Of a DNA stretch of 64,000 bases, positions 1-9,011 are shown in pieces. This stretch comes from a bacterium (GTDB lineage Bacteria > Patescibacteriota > Minisyncoccia > UBA6257 > GWB1-50-10): contig JAKAHD010000001.1 in NCBI GenBank assembly GCA_021815205.1, positions 89,247 through 153,246 of the forward strand, read 5' to 3'. The first letter of the stretch is position 1, and every line of letters starts with the position of its first letter. The position numbers were made by a program, and so were the translations under genes. The notes under the pieces were generated by a model. It ran no database searches, was not told the DNA's origin, and was given only the letters and a program-made list of their open reading frames with translations.

Positions 1-2
1 GA

Positions 3-431
3 AAAGATAAGTTCTTACATCTCGCACGGGAAAAAGAAAGAGGGATTGGAATGACAGGGACGCGTATCTATGATGCGTCGGGCCTCGACGATTCGAACAC
101 GACGACCGCGCGCGATATGTTTTTGCTCCTCAAGTATCTCGTAGCGCACCACCCCGATATCTTGAGTTGGACGCGGCTCACGTCGCTTATCGTACAGCCC
201 CTGAATACCGATCGCTCGCACATCGTATCGAACATCGACGCGCTTTCCTCTCGCCCCGATTTTCTTGGGGGGAAGACGGGAACCTCTCCCAAGGCGCAAG
301 AGAATTTCGCGGGTATCTTTTCGTTTCACAACGCGCGGACGGCGCTCGTCATACTCGGTACGCCCGATCGCGTGAAGGAGACGGATAATATGCTCAAGTG
401 GATAAACAGTGCGTACACATTCGGTAATTAA
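3..431 (+). CDS. D-alanyl-D-alanine carboxypeptidase-like serine peptidase (PBP5/S11-like), C-terminal part; 5' end lies outside window
   Basis: Open frame runs to window start. KTG motif (FLGGKTGTS) is followed by AGIFS...ALVILG, typical of serine DD-peptidases. TTARDM...L motif present. Sits next to cell-wall genes. Confidence 0.5.
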   Translation, partial: KDKFLHLAREKERGIGMTGTRIYDASGLDDSNTTTARDMFLLLKYLVAHHPDILSWTRLTSLIVQPLNTDRSHIVSNIDALSSRPDFLGGKTGTSPKAQENFAGIFSFHNARTALVILGTPDRVKETDNMLKWINSAYTFGN

Positions 432-554
432 GTCATTTGCATCCCGCAAAAAGCGGATGCGTAATTGGTAATTAGGTTGTTCGTTCGGTTCATGACGACC
501 TAATTTCCATGAATTACTACCAATTTCTTCGCGGTGGTATAATGTAACAGATCT

Positions 555-1601
555 ATGGCTGTTTTCGCCGCAACCCGTGTCCTTATTATGTTTGCGCTCT
601 CATTCGTGGTGGCGCTTTTTATCACTCCGCTTGTGTTTCGTCTCCTTGATCGTTTCAATCTCCGGAAGAACAACATTCGCGACAAAGAGAGCGCGCCGGT
701 CTTCTACGTGTACCATAAGGATAAGGCGAACACTCCCACGATGGGAGGGATAATTATCTGGGCCACGGTTATCGGGCTCGCGATCATCTTTCTTGTGTTA
801 GGGGGTCTCTTCGACGGATTCGCGAGTTATCTGAACTTCGTGAACCGCTCGGAGACGTATCTTCCGCTTGCGGCGCTCCTCCTCGCCGCGATCGTTGGGC
901 TCGTGGACGACATGATGGGTATTCGCGGGAAGGGGCCTCACGGCGGGGGACTGCGGATGAAGTACAAGATACTTTTGTATACCGCGGTCGCCCTGATCGG
1001 CGCGTGGTGGTTTTATTTCCGCCTCGGATGGAACACGCTCTACGTGCCGTTCGTTGGCACATTCGATATCGGCGGGTGGTACATCCCGTTCTTCCTTTTC
1101 GTGCTCGTCGCGAGCGCTTTTTCCGCGAATGAGACGGACGGACTCGACGGTCTTGCGGGCGGCATCCTCCTCCTCTCTTTCGGAGCCCTCACCGTCGTCT
1201 CGTTCGTATTGCACCGTTATGATCTCGCGGTGATGGAGGCAGCGATCTTAGGATCGCTCCTCGCGTTTCTTTGGTTCAATATTCATCCGGCGAGATTCTT
1301 CATGGGGGACACGGGCTCGATGTCCTTAGGTATCACGCTCGGGATTATCGCGATGCTTACGAACACGGCGCTTTTTCTTCCGTTTTTCGCTTTCGTGCTG
1401 GTGCTCGAATCGACATCCGTGATCATCCAGGTGATGGGGAAAAAATTTCTGAAGCGGAAACTGTTCCACTCGACCCCCATTCACCATCACTTCCAGGCGC
1501 TCGGCTGGCCCGAAAGCCAGATCACGATGCGGTTCTGGATTATCGGCGCCTTAATGACGGTCTTTGGGCTCGTGCTGTTCTTCTTGGCGCATTTCGCGTA
1601 G
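555..1601 (+). CDS. mraY: phospho-N-acetylmuramoyl-pentapeptide transferase
   Basis: 348 aa polytopic membrane protein with NETDGLDGLAGG, MGDTGS and HHHF motifs characteristic of MraY. Extended -10 'tggtataat' lies about 20 nt upstream. Confidence 0.9.
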   Translation: MAVFAATRVLIMFALSFVVALFITPLVFRLLDRFNLRKNNIRDKESAPVFYVYHKDKANTPTMGGIIIWATVIGLAIIFLVLGGLFDGFASYLNFVNRSETYLPLAALLLAAIVGLVDDMMGIRGKGPHGGGLRMKYKILLYTAVALIGAWWFYFRLGWNTLYVPFVGTFDIGGWYIPFFLFVLVASAFSANETDGLDGLAGGILLLSFGALTVVSFVLHRYDLAVMEAAILGSLLAFLWFNIHPARFFMGDTGSMSLGITLGIIAMLTNTALFLPFFAFVLVLESTSVIIQVMGKKFLKRKLFHSTPIHHHFQALGWPESQITMRFWIIGALMTVFGLVLFFLAHFA

Positions 1602-1605
1602 TTAG

Positions 1606-1696
1606 CTACGAAATACGAATTTTGTACGAATATACGAAAACGAATAGAATACATGAAGAATTATTCGTATATTCGTAATCAATTCGTAATTCGTAG
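1606..1696 (+). repeat. hairpin-rich leader repeat (family R3) copy 1, immediately 5' of the amidohydrolase start codon
   Basis: Nested inverted repeats 'ctacgaaatacgaatt...tacgaatatacgaaaa...ttcgtatattcgta...aattcgtaattcgtag', followed by 'agagaaattccATG'. Related copies at 13065-13177 and 57443-57546. Confidence 0.7.
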
Positions 1697-1705
1697 AGAA
1701 ATTCC

Positions 1706-3175
1706 ATGAGTATTCTCATTAAAAATGGAACGGTCTATGACGGCACGGGCGCGCCGCCGCAGAAGATGGATATCTTGATCCGCGAAGCGCGGATCGTCCG
1801 TTGCGGAACGCTCTCCAAGGATAGCGCGGAGACGCTTCTTGACGCGACGGGAGCGATCGTAGCGCCCGGATGTATTGATACGGTGTCCGGCGAAGGAGTG
1901 CACGGCGGTTTTGATCCGGACGCGGATACAAAACTCCTCGAGAAGGGAGTCACAACAATCCTTGGTGGGGTAAGCGGCATTTCTTCCGTCCCGTTCTCTT
2001 CGAGGACGGGATCATTGATGCGGGAGTGGAGCGCGGAGCGGCGTTGGAACGTGCATTGGAACAGCGTGCGAGAGTTTCTCCGCGTGCTCGAGAGGCGCCC
2101 CCATACGCTGAATTTCGGAACGTTCGTCGGTCTCGGGACGCTTCGGAGCGCCTGCGGCGTACCGTATGGAAACGACATGACGTTTCGCGAGCTCGAATCG
2201 GCAACGGCGTTACTGCGCAGGAGTCTTGCGGAAGGAGCCTTCGGCCTTTCAGCCCATCTCTCCATGCCGCATTCCGAGACGATTGCATTTCACGAACTAG
2301 TGCGACTTTTCAAGGTGGTTGCGGAAAAAAAAGGAACAGGTATCCTTGAGGCGCGTTTCCCCGACAAGGGCGCAATTCCGGCGCTCGAAGAGTTTTTCGA
2401 TCTCGCGCGTTCGTCCCATGCGCGCGTCGTCCTCCATAACGCGCAATCGCTCTTCGGAGGGAACGACAAAGAGGAGGCGCTTGCGTTCCTTGAACGCGAG
2501 ACGGCGAACCTCGATGCGTATTTTGATACCGTTCCTTTTCCTTCCCTGCGGCTTCCGCTTACGGCATTTCTGCCCCGGTGGCTCCGCGAAGGGAATCGCG
2601 CGGCAATGGAAGCGGCGATGCGGGAGCGGCACGGAAAAGAACGCCTGCTTGCGCATTTCAAGAACACGATGAAAGGGAAAGGTGAGAAGCTTGTGATCGC
2701 GGATGTGCCGCCCCCGCTCAGTTTTCTTCGCGGTACGACGCTCGCCGCTTTTGCGGAGCACCACGGCGTTTCGCTTCAAAGAGCCCTGTATCTTTTCATG
2801 CGTCTTACGAGATTTCGCGCGCATCTACTCGTACCACAACCGCACACGCGAATCTTCGAGGCATTGCTCGCGAATCCGCATGGAATAGTGACGGGGGATT
2901 TTAAGGCGCTTCTTGCTCGTGCGGCAGACGACGAACGCGTGCCGCTTGAGAAGTGGATAAGGAAGATGACGGGACTGCCCGCGGAGAAGTTTCGTATCCC
3001 GAAGCGGGGAGTCCTCAAAGAGGGGAACTTCGCGGATATCGTGGTGCTCCGCGATGCGAAGCCGGAGACGGTGATCGTGAACGGTGTGCAGACGGTCCGC
3101 GATGGAGTGTCGCTTCACGGCAGGTACGCTGGGCGTGTACTCGCGCGCGAGGCGCAGAGCGGTAACATACAATGA
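1706..3175 (+). CDS. amidohydrolase-family protein (D-aminoacylase-like); metal-binding HxH appears degenerate
   Basis: N-terminus (ILIKNGTVYDGTGAPP...IREARIV...LDATGAIVAPGCIDT) and C-terminus (KEGNFADIVVL) resemble the amidohydrolase/D-aminoacylase fold. The expected 'HxH' is replaced by 'TVSGEG'. Confidence 0.45.
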   Translation: MSILIKNGTVYDGTGAPPQKMDILIREARIVRCGTLSKDSAETLLDATGAIVAPGCIDTVSGEGVHGGFDPDADTKLLEKGVTTILGGVSGISSVPFSSRTGSLMREWSAERRWNVHWNSVREFLRVLERRPHTLNFGTFVGLGTLRSACGVPYGNDMTFRELESATALLRRSLAEGAFGLSAHLSMPHSETIAFHELVRLFKVVAEKKGTGILEARFPDKGAIPALEEFFDLARSSHARVVLHNAQSLFGGNDKEEALAFLERETANLDAYFDTVPFPSLRLPLTAFLPRWLREGNRAAMEAAMRERHGKERLLAHFKNTMKGKGEKLVIADVPPPLSFLRGTTLAAFAEHHGVSLQRALYLFMRLTRFRAHLLVPQPHTRIFEALLANPHGIVTGDFKALLARAADDERVPLEKWIRKMTGLPAEKFRIPKRGVLKEGNFADIVVLRDAKPETVIVNGVQTVRDGVSLHGRYAGRVLAREAQSGNIQ

Positions 3176-4278
3176 ACATGAAATTCAAAGCGCGCAAGGG
3201 GAACCCCGATTACGTATTCATCGCGTTTCTTGTTATCCTCGTCGTGTTCGGGCTCGTGATGCTCATGAGCGCCTCATCCGATCTTGGGAGAGCAAATTTC
3301 GGCGACAGTTTTTATTTTCTGAAACATCAGATCTTCTACGGGCTCATTCCGGGGATCATCGGTTTCTTTTTCGCGTATTTCTTTGAGTATCGGATATGGG
3401 AGAAGATAAGCCTCCCCGCACTGCTCGTGAGTATCCTTTTTCTTCTTCTTGTATTCAGTCCTCTGGGATTTCGCGCCCTGGGCGCCGAACGGTGGGTCTC
3501 GATCGGCGGCATACAGTTCCAGCCCGGCGAGCTTGTGAAACTCACCTTCATCGTGTACATGGCGGCGTGGATGGGAAAGAAAAGAGCGCGGGGGAAAAAA
3601 CTGGGTGAAGGATTCTTGCCGATGCTCATGCTCCTCGGCGCGGTATTGGTGCCGCTTGTGCTGCAGCCCGCGACGACCACGGCGGGCCTTATTTTTGCGT
3701 CCGTGCTCACCATGTACTTTATGAGCGGCGCGCGCGTGAAGTACGTTGCCGCGACGATCGCGCTTGCCGCGGTCGGGTTCGTATCACTCGTTATGATTAC
3801 GCCGTATCGCATGGAGCGTATTTTAGGATTTATTCATCCGCAGGCGGATCCGCTCGGGAAGACCTACCAGATCAATCAGACGCTCATGGCAGTCGGATCG
3901 GGAGGCGTGTGGGGCGTAGGGTACGGCCGTTCGACCACGAAGCTCGGCGCTCTTCCCGAACCGATGGGGGATTCCATCTTCGCCGTGATCGGCGAGGAGC
4001 TCGGTTTCGCGGGATCTATAGCGCTCATCCTTTTCTTTTTACTCTTCGTATGGCGGGCGTTCATAATCGCAAAGAAGACCTCCGACGGCTTCGCGCGGCT
4101 TATGGTTGTGGGATTTGGAACGCTTATCGGCATTCAGGCGTTCGTGCATATCGGCGCGAATACCGGAGTGATTCCGCTTACCGGCGTACCGCTTCCTTTC
4201 ATCAGTTACGGCGGTACGGCGCTTGCGGTTTTTTTGACCATGAGCGGCATTATTGCTACGATTTCGAGAGGAAGATGA
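3172..4278 (+). CDS. ftsW: SEDS-family peptidoglycan glycosyltransferase FtsW
   Basis: 368 aa, about 10 TM helices, FtsW/RodA/SpoVE signature regions (PEPMGDSIFAVIGEELGF, SYGGTA). Position between mraY and murG supports ftsW. Confidence 0.8.
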   Translation: MNMKFKARKGNPDYVFIAFLVILVVFGLVMLMSASSDLGRANFGDSFYFLKHQIFYGLIPGIIGFFFAYFFEYRIWEKISLPALLVSILFLLLVFSPLGFRALGAERWVSIGGIQFQPGELVKLTFIVYMAAWMGKKRARGKKLGEGFLPMLMLLGAVLVPLVLQPATTTAGLIFASVLTMYFMSGARVKYVAATIALAAVGFVSLVMITPYRMERILGFIHPQADPLGKTYQINQTLMAVGSGGVWGVGYGRSTTKLGALPEPMGDSIFAVIGEELGFAGSIALILFFLLFVWRAFIIAKKTSDGFARLMVVGFGTLIGIQAFVHIGANTGVIPLTGVPLPFISYGGTALAVFLTMSGIIATISRGR

Positions 4279-4282
4279 AACG

Positions 4283-4375
4283 AAATCCTAAATTCGAAAT
4301 CCTAAATCCTAAACAAATTCAAAACACGTGTTTCAGTCATTGTGATTTTGTATTTCGGTCATTATTTAGGATTTG
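4283..4375 (+). repeat. MITE-like intergenic element (family R2) copy 1
   Basis: Terminal inverted repeats 'aaatcctaaa...tttaggattt' with internal palindrome 'aaaacacgtgtttc'. A second copy lies at 36346-36522. Confidence 0.6.
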
Positions 4376-4489
4376 GTGTTTGAAATTTGAAATTTTTATT
4401 CAAGTCCAAATGGAGTAATTTTGAAATTTAAAATTAAAAGACATTTAAAATTGATTAAAAATTTAAAATTGTGAATTAAAAATTAATAT

Positions 4490-5620
4490 ATGATAAAAAG
4501 GATTGTGTTAACAGGCGGGGGAAGCGGGGGGCACGTGTTCCCGCTCGTTGCCGTCGCGGAGGAGCTTAAGAAGATCCCCGCGGACCTCGAACTGCATTAT
4601 GTGGGTCCAAAAAGTCCCTTGAACCAGGAGTTTCTGGAGCGAGATATTCCCGTCCGCACCATCTTGGGAAGCAAGATCAGGCGATATCTTTCTTTCGGGA
4701 CTATTGTTGATATTCCGAAATTTTTTATAAGTCTCCTGCAGGCGCTCTTTTACCTCTACCGCATCATGCCGGATGCGGTGTTCTCGAAGGGCGGTACGGG
4801 TGCGTTTCCCGTGGTCTTCGCCGCGTGGTGCTACCGGATTCCCGTTGTGATTCATGAGTCGGATTCGGTTCCTGGTCTCCAGAATCGTCTTTCCGGAACA
4901 TTCGCGAAAAAGATCTGCATCTCATTCTCCGGCGCCGCGGATTATTTTAAGAAAGAGAAGCTTGTGTTCACGGGGAATCCGATTCGTGAAGCGTTGTTGC
5001 ACATGGCAGAAGCGCAGATGCCGCACGAGAAGGTAGCGATCGGGTTCAAGGACGAGGCGCCGCTTCTTTTCATCGTGAGCGGATCGCAGGGCGCCGCGCG
5101 CATCAACCGTTTTCTATTTGATAATTTCGAGCTCCTTCTTCAAGAGTTCCAGATATACCATCAGGTCGGTCCTTCGAATACAGAAGATGCCGAGTTTTTT
5201 GCCGCATCCGCACTGCAATCCTTCGACGAGAACATGAAGCGGCGTTACAAGATGGCGGGGTTTCTTTCGCTTCGCGAAATGCAAGCCGCGTACGCCGCCG
5301 CCGATATCGTGCTTTCGAGGGCGGGCGCGAGTGGCATCTTCGAGATTGCGGCGTTTGGAAAGCCCTCACTACTCATTCCACTCCAAGGATCGGCGAATGA
5401 TCATCAGCGGCTCAATGCGTATGAGTATGCGAAAGGAGGCGCTGCGGTTGTCGTTGAGGAATCGAACCTTACGCCGCACGTCGTTGTGGATCAGGCGGTT
5501 CGTATTCTGAAGGATAAGAACCTTTACGGATCCATGAGTGCGGCCGCGAAGGCGTTCTCGAAGCCCGATGCCGCGAAGATGATTGCGCGGGAGCTTACCA
5601 CACTGCTTCGTCTGGCATAA
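4490..5620 (+). CDS. murG: UDP-N-acetylglucosamine--N-acetylmuramyl-(pentapeptide) pyrophosphoryl-undecaprenol N-acetylglucosamine transferase
   Basis: 376 aa with N-terminal LTGGGSGGHVFPLVAVAEEL G-loop, GT28 architecture, dcw context. Confidence 0.9.
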   Translation: MIKRIVLTGGGSGGHVFPLVAVAEELKKIPADLELHYVGPKSPLNQEFLERDIPVRTILGSKIRRYLSFGTIVDIPKFFISLLQALFYLYRIMPDAVFSKGGTGAFPVVFAAWCYRIPVVIHESDSVPGLQNRLSGTFAKKICISFSGAADYFKKEKLVFTGNPIREALLHMAEAQMPHEKVAIGFKDEAPLLFIVSGSQGAARINRFLFDNFELLLQEFQIYHQVGPSNTEDAEFFAASALQSFDENMKRRYKMAGFLSLREMQAAYAAADIVLSRAGASGIFEIAAFGKPSLLIPLQGSANDHQRLNAYEYAKGGAAVVVEESNLTPHVVVDQAVRILKDKNLYGSMSAAAKAFSKPDAAKMIARELTTLLRLA

Positions 5621-5648
5621 AAGCCGCAGGGTGCCCTATAATAGGAGC

Positions 5649-7058
5649 ATGCCGATACGCGTGCGCTTTGCTCCGTCTCCCACAGGTCCTTTCAGCTTCG
5701 GGAACGCGAGAACGGCGCTTTTTAACTGGCTTTTTGCCCGCCACGAGGGGGGTAAGTTTTTGATTCGCATCGAGGATACGGACAAGGAGCGTTCAGAGAA
5801 AACCCACGAAGCGAATCTCCTTATGACGCTCGAGTGGCTCGGCATCACGCCGGACGAAACGATAGTGCGTCAGAGTGAGCGCGGCGCGGTCTACGAATCG
5901 TATCTTAAGAAACTTCTCGAGGAGAAAAAAGCGTACTATTGCTTCTGTACGCCCGAAGAGCTGGAGGCGGAGCGGCAGGCGCAGTTGAGCCAAGGGCTTC
6001 CTCCGCGCTACCGCGGAACGTGCAGGGCACTCTCGGACGAAGCGATCGCGGAGCGCCTCAAAAAGGGGAGCGGAGTGATCCGTTTCAAGATGCCGGAGAG
6101 TACCGTGTCGTTTCAGGACATAGTGCACGGAAAAGCGTCCTTCGATGGGTCGCTTTTCGGCGACTTCATTATCGCGAAGGGATGCCGCGAACCGCTCTAT
6201 AATTTCGCGGTTGTTGTGGACGACTACGAGATGAAGATCACGCATGTGATCCGCGGCGACGATCATTTTTCGAATACACCGAAGCAGATCGCGATTCAAG
6301 ACGCCCTCGGATTTCCGCACGTGCATTACGCACACCTTCCGCTTATTTTGGGGAGTGACCATAAGAAACTCTCGAAGCGCTATCTTGAAACCTCGATCTA
6401 CGAATATAAGGAAAAAGGATACCTCGCCTCCGCGGTCGTGAACTTCCTCGCGCTCTTGGGGTGGCACCCCGAAGAGGATCGCGAGGTGTTGACCATCGAA
6501 GATCTTGTAAGGGAGTTCGATCTGAGACGCGTGCAAAAATCGGGAGGCGTGTTCAATCCCGAAAAACTCGAGTGGCTGAACGCGCAACACATAAAGAGGA
6601 TGCCGACGCCCGCGCTCGCGGAGCTTGTGGCGCCCTTTATTTCCGAATCCTGGCGGGCGAACGGAGAGATGCTCCTTCGCGTGGTGAACGTCGAGAAGGA
6701 GCGCTTGAAGCATCTCTCGGATCTCCCGATGCTCGCGGGATTCTTTTTCGAGCTTCCGGAATACGACGCGAAGCTTCTTATCTGGAACAGCACGCCGCCC
6801 GCCGCGATTCTCGACAATCTGCATTTTACGCTGGATGTGATGCAAGAGATTCCTCCTTCCGAGTTTGAGAAGGGCACGATTGAACAGTATGTCATGACGG
6901 TTGCCGAGAAGCGCGGCAGGGGAGAGGTCTTGTGGCCCCTGAGAGTCGCACTTTCGGGGAAAGAAAGTTCGCCCGGCCCATTTGAGATTATGGAAGTGTT
7001 AGGTAAGGAAGAGTCATTGAGAAGAATTGAGCGTGCGATTCAAAAAATGGAAGCGTGA
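5649..7058 (+). CDS. gltX: glutamyl-tRNA synthetase
   Basis: Start moved to the ATG giving MPIRVRFAPSPTGPFSFGNARTALFNW (class I HIGH region). KLSKR (KMSKS) motif and C-terminal anticodon-binding region are present. Confidence 0.9.
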   Translation: MPIRVRFAPSPTGPFSFGNARTALFNWLFARHEGGKFLIRIEDTDKERSEKTHEANLLMTLEWLGITPDETIVRQSERGAVYESYLKKLLEEKKAYYCFCTPEELEAERQAQLSQGLPPRYRGTCRALSDEAIAERLKKGSGVIRFKMPESTVSFQDIVHGKASFDGSLFGDFIIAKGCREPLYNFAVVVDDYEMKITHVIRGDDHFSNTPKQIAIQDALGFPHVHYAHLPLILGSDHKKLSKRYLETSIYEYKEKGYLASAVVNFLALLGWHPEEDREVLTIEDLVREFDLRRVQKSGGVFNPEKLEWLNAQHIKRMPTPALAELVAPFISESWRANGEMLLRVVNVEKERLKHLSDLPMLAGFFFELPEYDAKLLIWNSTPPAAILDNLHFTLDVMQEIPPSEFEKGTIEQYVMTVAEKRGRGEVLWPLRVALSGKESSPGPFEIMEVLGKEESLRRIERAIQKMEA

Positions 7059-7175
7059 AAATCCTTCGTATGCGGGAGCAAGGGCACGGGTCCCGGCGTG
7101 AATCTCTTGTGCACAGTCATTGCGTGCATTGATTCCGGGCAGTGCTACAGTATATACAGGGAGAACAAACGGCGT

Positions 7176-7598
7176 ATGAGAAAAATTACTCTTATTCTGC
7201 TTGTTGCCTCGTTTTTCATCCCGCTTATAGGGAGCGCGCAACAGGCGCAGACCGTGCAGAACGCGCAGGGGATTCAAAACTTGAATCCAAGCGCCCTCGT
7301 ACCGGTTCAGGATCTTATGAATCTTCTTAATAAGGCAAAGAGCTATGTGCCGCTTCTGAACGTTGCACAGGGCCGGCACACCGTTCAGGCGCCCGCACCT
7401 GCCGCCATCCCTTCTATCGCCGCATTTGATCTTTCAACGCTTACCAATGCGTGGAGTTCGGCGAACGCATGGTCCGAGGCGAATCTCGGAGTGAGTCTTA
7501 CGAGCATCGCGACCACCGTAATGAACTTTATGATGTGGATATGGGGACTCGTGTGGAAGCTCCTTCAATTTGGGTTGTCGCATATTCAATTCACGTAA
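7176..7598 (+). CDS. hypothetical secreted protein with C-terminal hydrophobic segment
   Basis: Start at the internal ATG gives signal peptide MRKITLILLVASFFIPLIGSAQQ. Q/N/A-rich sequence follows, and a hydrophobic tail MNFMMWIWGLVWKLL. Confidence 0.4.
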   Translation: MRKITLILLVASFFIPLIGSAQQAQTVQNAQGIQNLNPSALVPVQDLMNLLNKAKSYVPLLNVAQGRHTVQAPAPAAIPSIAAFDLSTLTNAWSSANAWSEANLGVSLTSIATTVMNFMMWIWGLVWKLLQFGLSHIQFT

Positions 7599-7788
7599 GG
7601 AATATGAAGAAGATAATTCTTCTTTCTCTAATCCTCGTCTTCCTTTTGGATGGCAACATTTGACGATGGAAATGGAAACACTGCGAGATGTTACGTAAGC
7701 TGGCCTGGATATACTGGACACGCAAGAACATCATTCTATCACGTGGGAGATATAATAGGATCAACAACTACAGTTCCAAAATTCTAAT

Positions 7789-8135
7789 ATGCTTTGGTTT
7801 CTCGCAATAATCGCGGTGGGAATGTTGTTATTAAGTAATCCGAAAAACAGTATTTCTTCACTTGCTCAAGCAGAACGCTCTGTTGGGAAAATTATTCTTA
7901 TAATAACTATAGGATTACCTCTTTTAGTTATCCCTCTTTATTTCATTGCCCCTTCTTTGTTTTACTAATGATAGCGCGTCTTCTTCTTTCATTCGGGATA
8001 TTTGCACTTATCACTTATATAGGATATAAGCGCGGGAAACCTGTCTCGTATAAAGAGTATGCGATATTCATGCTCGCGCTTTTGTGTGCGCTTACGGTTT
8101 TTGTGGCTTCTCTTGCACTCCTCGGATGGTGGTAG
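7789..8135 (+). CDS. two tandem small hydrophobic ORFs (59 aa and about 55 aa, the second starting at the first's stop 'TAATG')
   Basis: Read directly: MLWFLAIIAVGMLLLSNPKN...FIAPSLFY* and MIARLLLSFGIFALITYIGYKRGKP...LALLGWW*. Both are below the 60-aa ORF track cutoff. Each has two predicted TM helices. Confidence 0.2.
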
Positions 8136-8150
8136 TTTCTAAAAGTTTAG

Positions 8151-8270
8151 GAAGGGGAGGGTGTTATGACGCGTCATAACACCCCTTAGTAGACCCCCAC
8201 ACCTATACTAGGTTGTGGTGGTAAACCAGTGCCATTAAGATTATTAGTCTACCAATGGCGTATATAAGAG
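8151..8270. repeat. intergenic conserved element (family R1) copy A, containing a perfect 24-bp palindrome GGTGTTATGACGCGTCATAACACC
   Basis: Palindrome at 8159-8182 followed by 'cccacacctatactaggttgtggtggtaaaccagtgccattaagattattagtctacc'. The same about 110-bp element, with a 100-bp insertion, occurs at 48408-48600. Confidence 0.7.
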
Positions 8271-8312
8271 TTGCGGATGTTGCATTGCAAGATTGAATTT
8301 GCGGTATTTTTA

Positions 8313-8347
8313 TTTGACAATTTAGTGTAAGAGTTGTTACTATATTT
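8313..8347 (+). promoter_or_regulatory. candidate sigma70-type promoter for the 8394 gene
   Basis: TTGACA at 8313, then a 17-18 nt spacer and TACTAT. GGAGGA Shine-Dalgarno lies 4 nt before the ATG at 8394. Confidence 0.4.
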
Positions 8348-8393
8348 CTCAAGTTTTAGTTTGCATTTTTAAAAATAAACCCATGGAGGATGT

Positions 8394-8783
8394 ATGGGAT
8401 CCCGAACAAAAAAGCGGTTGGTGCTATTATTGTTAATAATACTAGTTGCCGTAAGCGAAGTAATATTGGCCATAAGAACCATATGGCATGTAAGCTGGTG
8501 TACAGAAATATTTTCCGTGGCCTATAGCACGATAATGTTTATAATCGGGGTTGTGTCATGGATGCTTGTGGCGTCGCATTATTGGTTAGGACAATACAAG
8601 TGTATTGATCGTATGAGGTTTTTTACTGTGTTACTGGTAATCATCGCGATAGTGCTCAGCAGTACAGGAAGGATACTGCCATTTTATGTGGCTTTGGTAC
8701 TCAACGCGCTTTTATGGATAATTTTTTCCATAAAGTTCTTTTTTGAGCTTGTATGGAATTCCAGGGGAGATTGGAGCAAATAG
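8394..8783 (+). CDS. hypothetical 4-TM membrane protein
   Basis: 129 aa, four hydrophobic helices, good RBS. No recognisable family. Confidence 0.5.
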   Translation: MGSRTKKRLVLLLLIILVAVSEVILAIRTIWHVSWCTEIFSVAYSTIMFIIGVVSWMLVASHYWLGQYKCIDRMRFFTVLLVIIAIVLSSTGRILPFYVALVLNALLWIIFSIKFFFELVWNSRGDWSK

Positions 8784-9011
8784 TTTTAGCCCGGTTCTTA
8801 ATTGTAAGGGACCGGGCACATTATTTTCTGGATTAAGAAGTCCACGAGATTCAACCTCCTTGCGCCAGTATCATTATGTCGGGAAATGTACCTTGTGCGA
8901 CAGATACAGATACCTCTAGGCCGCGCTTCTTTTCAACTCCCCCGCATCGTTCATGAGCAGTGTACGCAACCACTTCGCTTTTTTCGTTTCTTCTGCGATA
9001 ATACGAAAGAT

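Noticed and set aside
15-449. 144-aa minus-strand ORF at window start
   Set aside because: The plus-strand frame carries the KTG/DD-peptidase motifs. The minus ORF is Arg-rich antisense.
439-460. hairpin gcatcccgc-aaaaa-gcggatgc as terminator of the upstream peptidase gene
   Set aside because: Imperfect stem and no downstream U-tract. Left unannotated.
1271-1678. ORFs whose C-termini read ...YEIRILYEYTKTNR (also 12880-13200 and 57252-57548)
   Set aside because: The shared peptide is just the translation of the R3 hairpin repeat, and the ORFs overlap real genes on the other strand. Repeat-derived artefacts.
5793-6845. 350-aa ORF on the minus strand
   Set aside because: Lies entirely antisense within gltX, which has clear aaRS motifs. 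Arg-rich composition typical of a GC-rich shadow ORF.
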